Below, piece by piece: positions 1 through 12,970 of a stretch of 64,000 nucleotides of DNA; position 1 is the stretch's first letter, and each line of letters opens with the position of its first letter. The position numbers and the translations under genes were made by a program. The stretch comes from Squalus acanthias. Lineage: Eukaryota. The notes beneath the pieces are model-generated. The model saw only the letters and a program-made list of their open reading frames with translations. It was not told where the DNA came from and did no database searches. The stretch covers positions 4,838,001 through 4,902,000 of the forward strand of contig JASTWF010000033.1 of assembly GCA_030390025.1 (NCBI GenBank), in the 5' to 3' direction.

Positions 1-1018
1 GACTCAGACAGCTCAATTCACAGACCCAGACAGCTCCATTAACAGACCCAAACAGCTCCATTCACAGACTCAGTAAGCTCATTTAACAGACCCAGACAGC
101 TCCATTCACAGACCGAGACAGCTCATTTCACAGACCCAGACAGCTCCATTCACAGACCGAGATAACTCATTTCACAGAGTCAGACAGCTCCATTCACAGG
201 CCCAGGCAGCTCCATTCACAGTCTCAGACAGCTCCATTCATAGACCCAGACATCTCCATTCACAGACCCAAACATCACTAGTCACAGTCTCAGACAGCTC
301 CATTCATAGACCCAGACATCTCCATTCACAGACCCAGACATCACTAATCACAGTCTCAGACAGCTCCATTCATAGACCCAGACATCTCCATTCACAGACC
401 CAGACATCACTATTCACAGTCCCAGGCAGCTCCATTCACAGTCTCAGACAGCTCCATTCACAGACACCGGCAGTTCCATTCACAGGCCCAGCAGCTCCAT
501 TCACAGACTCAGACAGCTCCATTCACAGTCCCAGGCAGCTCCATTCACAGTCTCAGACAGCTCCATTCACAGTCCCAGGCAGCTCCATTCACAGTCTCAG
601 ACAGCACCATTCACAGACTCAGAGAGCTCCATTCACAGACCGAGACAGCTCCATTCACAGACCGAGACAGCTCCATTTACAGACTCTGGCAGTTCAATTC
701 ACAGACATAGACAGCTCTATTCACAGACACAAACATCTCCATTCACAGACCCAGGCATCACTATACACAGACTCAGACAGCTCCATTCACAGACTCAGAC
801 AGCTCCATTCACAGACACAGACATCTCCATTCACAGACCCAGACATCACTATACACAGACTCAGACAGCTCCATTCACAGACACAGACAGCTTCATTCAC
901 AGACCGAGACATCTCCATTCACGGACCAAGACAACTCACTTCACAGACTCAGACAGCTCCATTCACAGACCCAGACAGCTCCGTTCACAGACCCAGACAA
1001 CTCATTTCACAGACTCAG
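1..1018. repeat. 22-bp minisatellite (consensus CAGACAGCTCCATTCACAGACC), about 46 units, runs off the left edge
   Basis: Directly visible tandem 22-mer with scattered substitutions. Confidence 0.95.
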
Positions 1019-1835
1019 TCAGCACAATTCACGCGGCGAAGAGACTCGAGGTGTTCGGCGCCTTCCCGGATGCTTCTCCTCCACTTTGAGCGGTCTTGGG
1101 CCTGGGATTCCTAGGTGTGGGTTAGGATATTGCACTTTTTCAAGGAGGCTTTGAGGGTGTCCTTGAAGCGTTTCCTCTGTCCACCTGGGGCTCTCTTGCC
1201 GTGTCGGAGCTCCGAGTAGAACCCTTGTGTTGGGAGTCTCGTATTGGGCATGCGGACGACGTGACCTGTCCATCAGAACTGATCGAGCGTGGTCAAAGAT
1301 TCGATGCTGGGGATGTTGGGCTGAGCGAGAACACTGACATTGGTGCGCCTATCCTGCCAATGGATTGACAGGAGGCAGCGTTGGTGGTACCTCTCCAGGG
1401 CTTTGAGCTGCCTGCTGTACATGGTCCATGTCTCTGAAGCATACAGGAGGGCGGGACTCACTACTGCTCTGTAGACCATGAGCTTGTTGCCGGGTTTGAG
1501 GTCCTGATCCTCAAACACTCTGTTGCTCAGGCGATCGAAGGCTGCACTGGCACACTGAAGGCGGTGTTGGATTGCGTCATCGATGTCTGCCCTTGTTGAC
1601 ATAGGCTCCCGAGGTATGGAAAGTGGTCCACGTTGTCCAAAGCCTCGTCGTGGATTTTGATAATCGGGGGGCTGTACAGTGTGGCGGGGGTAGGTTGGTA
1701 GACCACCTTTGCCTTATGGATGTTTATTGTAAGGCCCATACTCTCGTACGATTCGGTGAAGGTGTTGACAATGGTTTCTATTTCGACGTCCGAGTGTGCG
1801 CAGATGCAAGCGTCGTCTGCATACTGCATACTGGC
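1019..1835 (-). mobile_element. RTE-clade LINE fragment (RT C-terminal half), frameshifted
   Basis: QYADD..AHS, FPYLGS, LMVYRAVV.PALLYASETW and WTGHVVRMP..RLP...GGQRKRFKDTLK motifs typical of RTE elements, spread over several frames. Confidence 0.9.
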
Positions 1836-1899
1836 AGAATAGGTGGGTAATTGCAAATGAACCTCAATATGGTGAAGTGTGAGGTGCATTTTAACATGA

Positions 1900-2650
1900 A
1901 GAATACGGAGGTCACATACTCCTTAGTTCGAAATGGGGTTGAGGGACAGAGGGTGTGAGGGTACAGTTACATAATTCACTAAAAGTTACAATGCAGGTTA
2001 AAAAGGCCATAAAAACAAAGAAAGCACTCGGTCACATTTCTAGAGGGATAGAAATGTAAAGCACAGACGGTATGTTAAACTTGTATGGAACCTTGGTTAG
2101 ACCACACTTGGTGTACTGCGAACATTTCAGGTCACCATCTTATAAAAAGGACATAGAGGGACTGGTGAAGGTAGAAAGGTATTTACTGGAATTATACCAG
2201 AAGTGAGAGGTTACACCTAGCAGGAAAGACAGAACATGCTGGGGCTTTTTTCTTTAGAAAAGTGAAGACTGACTGATGATCAGATAGAGTTCTTTAAAAT
2301 TGCGAAATAGTTTGATAGGGTAGATTAGAGAAGGTGTTTCCACTTGCAGGAGAGACCAGAACTCCGGGCCATAGATTTAAAATAGTCATTAATAAATCCA
2401 ATCGGGAATTCAGGAGAATCCTTTTTACCAAATGAGTGGTCAGAATGTGGAGCTCGCTACCACAAGGAGCAGTTGATGCGAATAGCATGGACTCATTTAA
2501 AGGGGAGCGAGACAAGCACATGAGGGGGTGAAGGAACAGAAAGATATTTTAACTGGGTTAGATGAAGGAGGGTGGGTGGAGGCTCGTGTGGAGCAAGGAC
2601 ACCAACATGGACATTTTGAGTCGAATGGCCTGTCTCTGTGCTTAAATACT
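1900..2650 (+). mobile_element. Old CR1 LINE 3' fragment
   Basis: Degenerate LVRPHL.YC motif (about 2095-2125), RVVRMWSSLP-like segment and gaatggcctgt 3' UTR motif. Confidence 0.8.
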
Positions 2651-2679
2651 TTGTAAATTGTATTAAACGTGTATCGGAC

Positions 2680-4060
2680 CCGGGTCAGGTCACACTTAGA
2701 GAACTCTGCATAGTTCTGGTCTCCATAATATAAAAAGGATATAGAAGAACTGGAGAAAGTGCAAAAAATACTTACAACAACAACTTGCATTTATATAGCG
2801 CCTTTAACAAAGTAAAATTAACCAAGCGATTCACGGGAGCGTTATTGAACAAAACCTGAGCCTGAGCCACATAAGGAGATATTAGGAAAGATGATCAAAA
2901 GTATGGTCAAAGAGGTAAGTTTTAAGCAGCATCTTAAAGGAGGAGGGAGGTTTAGAGAAGCAGAGAGGTTCAGGGAGGGGATTCCTGAGCTTAGGGCCCA
3001 GGCAGCTGAAAGCACAGCCGCCAATGTTGGAGCGGTTAAAATCAGGGATGTGCAAGAGGCCAGAATTAGAGGAACACAGAGATCTCGGGAGTGTTGAGGG
3101 GCTGGTGGAGCTTGCAGAGGTAGGGAGGGCAAGGCCCTGTAGGGATTTGAAAGCAAGGGTGATAATTTTAAAATGGAGACATTGCCGGAACGGGAGTCAC
3201 TGTAGGTCAGCGAGCACAGGGGTGGTGGTTTACCGGCATTTGATGTGGGTTAGGTTACGGGCAGCACAGCTTTGGATGAGCTCAAGCTATGGAGGGTGGG
3301 AGATGGGAAGCCGGCCAGGAGAGAGTTGGTGTTATCAAGTCTAGAGCTAGCAAAGGCATGGATGATGGTTTGAGCAGCAGATGAGCTGAGGCAGGGGCAA
3401 AGTTCGGCGATGTTACCGAGGTGGAAGTAAGCCGTCCTGGTGATGGAGTGAATATCCGGTCGGAAGATCATCCCGTGGTCAAATACGACACCAAGGTTGC
3501 AAACAGTAAACTGGTGCTTAGGAGAATGATGGAGTTGGTGGCTTGGCAACGGAGATTGTTAAGCGGGCCAATAGCTTCGGTCTTACAAATATTTAGTTGG
3601 ATGGCACCAGAACTGAAAGATTGCAGCTATCGGGAAAGATTAAACAGGTTGGGCCTTTCTGCTATAGAAGAGAAAGGACTTAGATGAGGCCTGTTAGAGA
3701 TATTGAAAATTATGAATGAGTTGAACAGGGTAGATGTGGAGATAATGTTTACACTTGTGGGAGAATGCAACTCTTGGGTTTATAAATACAAGATAGTTAC
3801 TAATAAATCCAATAGGGAAATAAGGAGCAATTTCTGTACTCAGAGAGTTGTTAGAATGTGGAACTCCCTACCACAGGAAGTAGTTGAGGAAAATAGTTTA
3901 GATTCAACAGAATGAAACTAGACGAGTAAAGGCTTGAAAGGGGAATAGAAAGATCTTCTGAGCGGCTGAGATGAGGTAGATGCAATGAGAGGAGACTGGT
4001 GTGGAGCATAAACACCAGCACAGACTGATTGGGCCGAATGGCCTGTTTGTGTGCTATTTT
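2680..4060 (+). mobile_element. Old CR1 3' fragment split by an L2 insertion (2773-3597)
   Basis: VRSHLE..FWSP..KKDIEELEKVQK (2684-2770) resumes after 3600 as MAPELKDCSYRERLNRLGL...QRVVRMWNSLP. Confidence 0.8.
2773..3597 (-). mobile_element. L2 LINE 3' fragment
   Basis: NLGVVFD...TAYFHLGNIAELCPCLS...IIHAFASSRLD..NSLLAG (ORF 3250-3549), and L2-type 3' end aaaggcgctatataaatgcaagttgttgttgt on the minus strand. Confidence 0.88.
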
Positions 4061-4326
4061 AGGTAATATAATCCTCTGAACTGCAGCTCAGCTCTGTCTG
4101 CCTACCTATTGACCAGGCTCTTACTCTGGAAGCTGCGAATTAATTGCTGCCCTCAATCGCTGAAGGGACTCTTTACAGAAGAGCTCAGAGTGAAAGCAGC
4201 AAACTAGTGGTCCTGTCCCGAAAGACAATGTGGGAAATGTCAGTCAGAAACAGTGCCGAGTCCTAAACACAGTGCTCTTTCCGCCGCTGGCTGTATCTTC
4301 AGATCTCCAGCGATTGCTGGTGTAAT

Positions 4327-5312
4327 TCAGTGGATGGCAGTCTGGGGCTGAATATTACATTCCTGGACTGGAAACACTGGGAGCCGCCTCTGGGCTGCGC
4401 TCAATTGTTTCTGATTATTAATGAATTGAATAATTGAGGTAAGCGGATATTTCACCGCCCTCTTCACCTGCTCTCTGAACTTGGACTGGGTCACCCCATA
4501 AATAAATGTGTTTGTGCAGCAACTTAAATTCCGCAGCATAAATCCGACTTTTTGAAAGATATATAAAAAATCAGTGTAATAAAGGGGATCTATTCCTGTA
4601 ATGTTATAATATAAGAATTCTATAACATTCACCAGCCACAGCAGTATGAAGCTGCCGGATATGGTGAAGAGTAAAATCATAGACTTCCTTCTCCTCTCCA
4701 TCTCTGGGTCTATGCCATTCTCTCCCTTGCTCTCACCTCTCAGTCCCTTACGGACTCGACTGGCCACTAAAATGTGTCTGACTGTCAGAGCGTTGAGCAA
4801 AATAATTAAAGCGAATGGGAGCATTGGGGTTGAAACTATAACAAGCCAAATATATCCCACCCACCCGGGCTCAGTATAATAGCCTGGGATTGCGACACAG
4901 AACCACGGCACATTGTCGATTATCCTCCTGGGTTGATATGTAAAGTAGAACGGAACGTCTTTTAAACAGTGCAGAATGCCGCTTGTTGCTAGAACCACAG
5001 CCGCAGTTTCTCCGGTGCAATATTTATTTTTCAGCTTCTGGCAACAAATGGCCACAAATCGGTCAAAGGTGAAAGTGACGGTGAACCAGACAGAACAGTC
5101 TGTGGCTGCACGGGCCAGGACAGCGATAACACTACACACAGGGGTGATGTCCAGGAAAGACAATGGAAAATAATAGAAATTGATCTGCCTCAGTATGACC
5201 TCAGTGACAATGGTCAGGAGATCCGCCGCTGCCATGCCCACCAGATAGCAAGTGGTCCAGGTGGAGAGCCCGCACTTTCCCCGGGAAAGGATCACAATCG
5301 CCAGCAAATTCA
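4327..5312 (-). CDS. Exon 2 of a class A 7TM GPCR, GPR139/GPR142-like
   Basis: Open frame with hydrophobic helices, TM1 Asn (VNLLAIVILSRGKCGLS), TM2 AAADLL, TM3 Cys and TFDRFVAIC, ECL2 PWFC, TM7 NTFIY and helix 8 SKFREQVK. Preceded by a polypyrimidine tract and acceptor (cccttctgtgttttacag, AG at 5314-5313). Confidence 0.92.
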
Positions 5313-5704
5313 CTGTAAAACACAGAAGGGACAAGAGACTGGAAATTACTGATCACACATTCTCCGTGTCTGAGCCCAGACAGTAAGGGCTGGATTTTAA
5401 CATCCCAAAAACCGGGGGATTGGGGTCAGGTAAGAGGTGAAAATTGAACAATATCCTCCCGACCCCAACCCGCCTCCAACCCTCCCGCTTCCGAGTTTAA
5501 CGGAGACGGGACAGAGAGCGGGCAGCGAACCGCTCCCAGGAGGCGGGTTGGCAAGTTAAATATTTTAATGAGGCGGGCAGGCTCTGATTTACTCTGTTTT
5601 ACAGGTTTAACTACGGCTGGCCGTGTTCCTGGGCCTATGGAATGATTTCGCCCACCACCCCGCAAACTCTACCCATCGCCCGAAACCCCCCATGGATGGA
5701 AACC

Positions 5705-6928
5705 TGGGGTCCAGTGGATGTGGTGTATTTGGAATTTCAAAAGGCTTTTGATAAGGTCCCGCATAAGAGATTAGCGTGTAAAGTTAAGACACATGTGATT
5801 GGGGGCAAGGTATTGACTTGGATAGAGAACAGGTTGGGGGACAGAAAGCAGAGAGTAGGAATTAATGGGTCTTTTTCTGAGTGGCAAGCAGTGACTAGTG
5901 GGGTACCGTAGGGATCGGTCCTTGGACCCCAGCTATTCACAATATACATTAATGATCTGGATAAGGGAACTAAATGTAATATTTCCAAGTTTGCAGTTGA
6001 CACAAAGCTGGGTGGGCGTGTGTGCTCCGAGGAGGATACTGAGAAACTCCAGGATGATTTGGACAGGTTGTGTGAGTGGGCAGAAGCGTGGCAGATGCGA
6101 TATAACGTGGATAAATGCGAGGTTATCCACTTTGGTGTCAAAAACAGAAAGGCAGACTATTATCTGAATGGCAATAGATTGGGAGAAGGGGAAGTGCAAC
6201 GAGGACTGGGTGACCTTGTGCACCAGTCGCTGAAGGTGAGCATGCAGGTGCAGCAGGCGGTGAAGAAGGCAAATGGTATGTTGGCCTTCATAGCGAAAGG
6301 GTTTGAGTATAGGAACAGGGATGTCCTGCTGCAGTTGTACAGGGCCTTGGTGAGACAACACCTTGAGTACTGTGTGCAGTTTTGGTCGCCTTATCTGAGG
6401 AAGGATGTTCTTGCCATGGAAGGAGTTCAGCGAAGATTCACAAGGCTGATACCTGGGATGGCAGGAATGACATATGAGGAGAGATTGGGTCGAGTGGGAT
6501 TATACTCGCTGGAGTATAGAAGAATGAGAGGGGATCTCATCGAAACATATAAGATTCTGACAGGTCTGGTCAAACTCGATGCAGGAAGAATGTTCCCGAT
6601 GGTCGGAGAGTCCAGAACCAGGGGTCATAATCTAAGGATAAGGGGTAAGCCATTTAGGACAGAAATGAGGAAGAATTTCTTCAACCAGAGAGTGGTGAAC
6701 CTGTGGAATTATTTACCACAGAAGGTAGTTGAGGCCAAGTCATTAAATATTCAAGAATGAGTTAGATATATTTCTTAAAGCTAAAGGTATCAAGGGATAT
6801 GGGGAGAAGGCAGGTACAGGGTACTGTGTTTGGATGATCAGCCATGATCTCATCGAATGGCGGAGCAGGCTCGAGGGGCCGAATGGCCTACTCCTGCTCC
6901 TATCTTCTATGATTGTATATTTCTGTGT
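5705..6928 (+). mobile_element. CR1 (HER1-type) LINE, 5'-truncated RT with 3' UTR
   Basis: VDVVYLEFQKAFDKVPH, SKFAVDTKLGG, LVRQHLEYCVQFWSP; 3' hairpin ggagcaggctcga...cctactcctgctcc and ttctatg tail. Confidence 0.95.
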
Positions 6929-6959
6929 CCGGATCGGACAACTCCAAGACTCGGGATTG

Positions 6960-8122
6960 GACACGCCCCCGAGACCGGTCAAACTCCCAGGACCGGTCAC
7001 ATCCCGGGACCAGTCAAACCCCCGGGACCGGTCAAACCCCCGGTACCGGTCAAACCCCCAGGACTAGTCAATCCCCCGGAACTGGTCTAACCCCCCCGGG
7101 ACTGGTCTAACCCCCAGGACTGGTCAAACCCCCGGGACTGGTCTAACCCCCCCGGGACTGGTCAAACCCCTGGGACTGGTCGCCCCCCCGGGACTGGTCT
7201 AACCCCCGGGACCGGTCAAACCCCCGGGACTGATCAAACCCCCGGGACTGGTCACCTCCCCGGGACTGGTCAAACCCCCGGGACCGGTCAAACCCCCGGG
7301 ATTGGTCACGCCCCCAGGAATGGTCAAAACCCTGGGACTGGTCAAACCCCCGGTACTAGTCAAACCCCCAGGACCGGTCAAACCCCCGGGACCGGTGAAA
7401 CCCCCGGGACTGGTCAAACTCCCGTGACTGGTCAAACCCCCGGGACTGGTCAAACCCCCGGGACTGGTCAAACCCCCGGGACCGGTCACACCCCAGGACT
7501 GGTCAAACCCCCGGTACCGGTCACACCCCCGGGACTGGTCAAACCGCCGGGAATGGTCACATAACCCGGGACCGGTCACACCCCCGGGACAGGTCAAACC
7601 CCCGGGACTGGTCATACCCCCCGGGACCGGTCACCCACCTGGGACAGGTCAAACCCCCGGGACTGGTCAAACCCCCCGGAACAGGTCACACCCCCGGGAC
7701 AGGTCAGACCCCCGGGACCGGTAACACCCCCGGGACTGGTCAAACCCCCGGGACCGGTCACACCCATGGGACTGGTCAAACCCCTGGGACTGGTCAAACC
7801 CCCGGGACTGGTCAAACCCCCGGGTCTGGTCAGACCCCCGGGACCGGTCACACCCCAGGGACCGGTCAAACCCCTGGGACCGGTCAAACCCCCGGGACCA
7901 GTCACACCCCCGGGACAGGTCACACCCCCGGGACTGTTCAAACCCCCGAGACTGGCCAAACACCCGGGACTGGTCAAACACCCGGGACAGGTCAAACCCC
8001 CGGGAACGGTCACACCCCCGGGACAGGTAATACCCCCGGGACTGGCCAAACCCCCCGGGACTGGTCAACCCCCCGGGACTGGTAAAAACTCCAGGGACTG
8101 GTCAGAACCCCGGGACTCGTCA
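6960..8122. repeat. GC-rich 18-bp minisatellite (GGTCAAACCCCCGGGAC[T/C]), left block
   Basis: Directly visible tandem array. Confidence 0.95.
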
Positions 8123-10473
8123 TAGAAAAATAGAAACATAGAAAATAGGTGCAGGAGTAGACCATTCGGTGGCTGAACATGCTACCTCAGTGGCCCATTC
8201 CTGCTTTCTCGCCATACCCCTTGATCCCCCTTGATCCCCCTAGTTGTGAGTATTATATCTAACTCCCTTTTGAATATATTTAGCGAACTGGCCTCAACAA
8301 CCTTCTGTGGTAGAGAATTCCACAGATTCAGCACTCTCTGGGTGAAGAAGTTCCTCCTCATCTCAGTCTTAAATGGCTTCCCCTTTATCCATAGACTGTG
8401 ACCCCTGTTTTTAGTTTTCCCTAACGTTGGAAACATTCTGCCCGCATCTAATTTGTCTAAACCAGTCAGGATTTTAAACGTCTCTATAAGATCCCCCCTC
8501 ATTCTTCTGAACTCCAGAGGATACAAGTTCAGTTGATCCAGGCTTTCTTGATATGTCAGTCTCGCCATCCCAGGAATCAATCTAGTGAACCTTCGTTGCA
8601 CTCCCTCAATAGCAAGAATGTCCTTCCTCAAGTTAGGAGACCAAAACTGCACACAATACTCCAGGTGTGGCCTCACCAAGGCCCTGTACAACTGTAGCAT
8701 CACCTCCTTACTCCTGTACTCAAATCCCCTTGCTATGAAGGCCATCATGCCATTTGCTTTCTTGACTGCCTGCTGCACTTGCCTTCCCACCTTCAGTGAC
8801 TGATGTACCATGACGCCCAGGTCTCGTTGCACCTCCCCTTTCCCTAATCTGCCACCATTCAGGTAATAGTCTGCCTCCCTATTTTTACCACCAAAGTGGA
8901 TAACCTCACATTTATCCACATTGTTCTTCATCTGCCATACATTTGCCCATTCACCCAACCTGTCCAAGTCACTCTGTAGCCTCCTAGCATCCTCCTCATT
9001 GTTCACACTACCTCCCAATTTAGTGTCATCCGCAAATTTGGAGATATTACAATTAATCCCTTCGTCTAAATCATTAATATATAATGTAAACAGCTGGGGC
9101 CCCAGCACCGAACCCTGCGGTACCCCGCTGGTCACTGCCTTCCATTCTGAAAAGTACCCATTTACTCCTACTCTTTGTTTCCTGTGTGCCAACCAGTTCT
9201 CAATCCACGTCAACACATTACCCCCAATCCCATGTGCTTTAACTTTGCACACCAATCTCTTGTGTGGGACCTTGTCGAAGGCCTTCTGAAAGTCCAAATA
9301 CACCACATCTACTGGTTCCCCCCCCGTCCACCCTATTGGAAACATCCTCAAAAAATTCCAGAAGATTTGTCAAGCATGATTTCCCTTTCACAAATCCATG
9401 CTGACTTGGACCTATCATGTCGCCACTTTCCAAATGGTCTGTTATGACTTCTTTAATAATTGATTCCATCATTTTACCCACCACTGATGTCAGGCTGACC
9501 GGTCTATAATTCCCTGCTTTCTCCCTCCCTCCTTTTTTAAAAAGAGGGGTTACATTAGCCACCCTCCACTCCTTCGGATCTGAACCAGAGTCTAAGGAAT
9601 GTTGGAAAATGATCGTAAATGCATTCACAATTTCCAAGGCCACCTCCTTAAGTACTCTGGGATGCAGACCATCAGGCCCTGGGGATTTATCAGCCTTCAG
9701 TCCCATCAATTTCCCCAACACCTTTTCCCGACTGATAATGATTTCCCTCAGCTCCTCCCTCTTACCAGATCCTTTGATCTCTTTTATTTCCGGAATGTTG
9801 TTTGTGTCCTCCACAGTAAACACCGAACCAAAGTATTTGTTCAATTGATCAGCCATTTCTTTGTTCCCCATTATGACTTCCCCTGTTTCTGACTGCAGCG
9901 GACCTACGTTTGTTTTTACTAACCTCTTTCTTTTTACATATTTATAGAAGCTTTTGCAGTCCGTTTTAATGTTCTCCGCAAGCTTCCTTTCATATTTTAT
10001 TTTCCCTGCCCTAATCAAACCCTTCGTCCTCCTCTGCTGAGTTTTAAAGATCTCCCAGGCCCCGGGTTTGCTGCTACTTCTGGCCAATTTGTATGCCACT
10101 TCCTTGCTTTTAATACTATCCCTGATTTCCCTTGTTAGCCATGGTTGAGCCACCTTCACTTTTTTATTTTTACGCCAGACAGGGATGTACAATGTAGTTC
10201 ATCCATGCGATCTCTAAATGTCTGGCATTGCCCTTCCACTGATAACCCCTTAAATATCACTTGCCAATCTAACCTCGCCAATTCACACCTCATACCCTCA
10301 AAGTTGCCGTTATTTAAGTTCTGGACCATGGTCTCTGAATTAACTGCTTCCTTCTCCATCCTAATGTAGAACTCCACCATGCTATGGTCACTCTTCCCCA
10401 AGGGGCCTCGCACCACAAGATTGCTGATTAGTCCTTCCTCATTACACAACACCCAGTCCAGGATGGCCTCCCC
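8123..10473 (-). mobile_element. CR1 LINE (end of endonuclease through RT and 3' UTR), 5'-truncated, inserted in the minisatellite
   Basis: ORFs 10156-10452, 9239-10192 and 8182-9351 (GKSDH, GPDGLHPRVLKE, NYRPVSLTS, PQGSVLGP, FADD); tttctatg tail at 8123-8145; flanked by duplicated ccccgggactcgtca. Confidence 0.96.
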
Positions 10474-12630
10474 TCAAACCCCCGGGACTCGTCAATCCTC
10501 CGGGACAGGTAAACAACCGGGACAGGTCACACCCCCGGGACTGCATACACGCCCTGGACCGGTCACACTCCCTGGACCGGTCACCCCCCGGTACCGGTCA
10601 AACCCCCAGGACCGGTCAAACCCCCGACACCGATCAAACACCCGGGACCGGTCCCAACCCCGGGGACAGGTCAACCACCCCGGGACCGGTCACACCCCGG
10701 GTACCGGTCACACCCCGGGGACTGGTCAACCCCCCGGGAGTGGTCAAACCCCCGGGACAGGTCACACCCCCGGGACCGGTAAAATCCCCGGGGTCGTTCA
10801 AACCCCCGGGACCGGTCAATCCCCCGGGACCGGTCACACCCCGGGACTGGTCAAACCCCCGGGACAGGTCAAACCCCCGGGACCGGTCAAACCCCGGGAC
10901 TGGTCACAACCACTGGGATCGGTCACACCCCAGGGACCGGTCACACCCCCGGGACAGGTCAAACGCCTGGGACTGGTTAAACCCCCCGGGACTGGTCACA
11001 CCCCCGGAACAGGTCAAACCCCCGGGACCGGTCACACCCCCCGGGAGTGGTCAAACCACCGGGACCGGTCAAATCCCCGGGATCGGTCAAACCCCTGGGA
11101 CCGGTCAAACCCCGGGACCGGTCAAACCCCCGGGATTGTTCAATCCCCGGGACCAGTCAAACCCCCCGGGACAGGTCAAACCCCCGGGACTGGTCAAACC
11201 CCCGGGACCGGTCACACCCCCGGGACTGGTCAAACCCCCGGGACCGGTCAAACCCCCGGGTCGGTCACACCCCTGGGTCTGGTCAAACCCCCGGGACTGG
11301 TCAAACCCCCGGGACCGGTCACACCCCCGGGACTGGTCAAACCCCCGGGACCGGTCACACCCCCGGGACTGGTCAAACCCCATGAACTGGTCAAACCCCC
11401 GGGACAGGTCAAACCCCGGGACTGGTCACAACCACTGGGATCGGTCACACCCCAGGGACCGGTCACACCCCCGGGACAGGTCAAACGCCTGGGACTGGTT
11501 AAACCCCATGGACTGGTCAAACCCCCGGGACCGGTCACACCCCCGGGACTGGTCAAACCCCATGGACTGGTCAAACCCCCGGGACTGGTCAAACCCCCGG
11601 GTCTGGTCAGACCCCCGGGACCGGTCAAACCCCCGGGACCGGTCAAACCCGCGGGACTGCTCAAACCCCCGGGACCGGTCAAACCCCCGGTACCGGTCAC
11701 ACCCCCGGAAACTGTTCAAACCCCCGGGGACTGGTCAAACCCCCGGGACAGGTCAAACCCCCAGGACCGGTCAAACCCCCGGGACAGGTCACACCCCCGG
11801 GACCGGTCAAACACCCGGAACCGGTGAAACCCCCAGGACAGGTCACACCCCGGGACTGGTCAAAGCCCCGGGACTGGTCAAAGCCCCGGGACTGGTCAGA
11901 CCCCCGGGACTGGTCAGTCCCCCGGGACAGGTGAAACCACTGGGACAGGTCACACCCCCGGGACTGTTTACACCCCCTGGACCGGTCACACCCCCTGGAC
12001 CGGTCACCCCCTGGGACCGGTCAAACCCCCGGGACCGTTCAAACCCCCGACACCGATGAAACCCCCAGGACCGTTCACAACCCCCGGAACTGGTCAACCC
12101 CCCGGGAGCGGTCAAACCCCCGGGACCGGTCAAACCCCCGGGACCGGTAAACCCCCGGGATCGTTCAAATCCCCGGGACCAGTCAAAACCCCGGGACCGG
12201 TCAACCACATGGAACCAGTCAAACCCCCGGGACCGGTCAAACCCCCGGGACCGGTCAAACCCCCGGGACCGGTTAAACCCGCGGGACCGGTCAATCCCCT
12301 GGGAACAGTCAAAGTCCCGGAATCATTCAAACCCCCGGGGATCGGTCACACCCCCGGGACCCGTGAAACCCCCGGGACTGGTCAACGACCCGGAACCAAT
12401 CAAACCCCTGGGACCAGTCAAACCCCCGGGACGGGTCAAACTCCCGGGACCGGTCAAATCCCCGGTACCTATCAAACCACCGGGATCGTTCAAACCCCCG
12501 GGACCGGTCAAACTCCCGGGACCGGTCACACCCCTGGGATCGGTCAAACCCCCAGGACCAGTCAAAGTCCCGGAACCGCTTCAAACCCCCGGGGATCGGT
12601 CACACCTCCCGGGACAGGTCAAATCCCCTG
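10474..12630. repeat. Same 18-bp minisatellite, right block (about 120 units)
   Basis: Directly visible tandem array. Confidence 0.95.
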
Positions 12631-12970
12631 GTCCATGATCGGACACACCACTCGATCAGACGCCCCATCCAACCCAGTTTCATCCATCCGACCTACCTGG
12701 TCCTGCTCCGGAGTCCCCCCACCCCGTCCGACTGGAAGCTCGACTGTCAATCAGGCTGACTTCCGGGGTGGGGAACCAGTCAAGGACAAAGGACGTATGC
12801 TGTGGAGTTAAGACACCCCGACGTCCGGGAATAGCTGGACTTCCTGGTATCCTGTCTGATATTCCACATCCACCCCGTACCCACCGGCCATCGTACATAA
12901 CCCGCCTCTCTTAATATCCAGGCGGAAGTATATGAGCAGATGCAAAATACGGAGACTGCTTTAATTCTGA

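Larger units (their letters stand above)
5387..12924. mobile_element. Possible PIF/Harbinger-like non-autonomous element, expanded by two CR1 insertions and a minisatellite
   Basis: Left end taa|gggctggattttaa; right end ttaatatccaggcg|gaa (11/14 inverted match). GC-rich non-coding subterminal sequence at 5400-5700 and 12630-12910. Confidence 0.4.

Noticed and set aside
5313..5334. ORF-track start (MSLLCFT) for the GPCR
   Set aside because: This is the polypyrimidine tract and acceptor of the intron; the true start is in exon 1 at 22198.
10379..12811. Long Pro/Gly/Thr-rich ORFs (482, 439 and 251 aa), collagen- or mucin-like
   Set aside because: Translations of an 18-bp minisatellite open in several frames on both strands, with frequent 1-nt indels; intronic.
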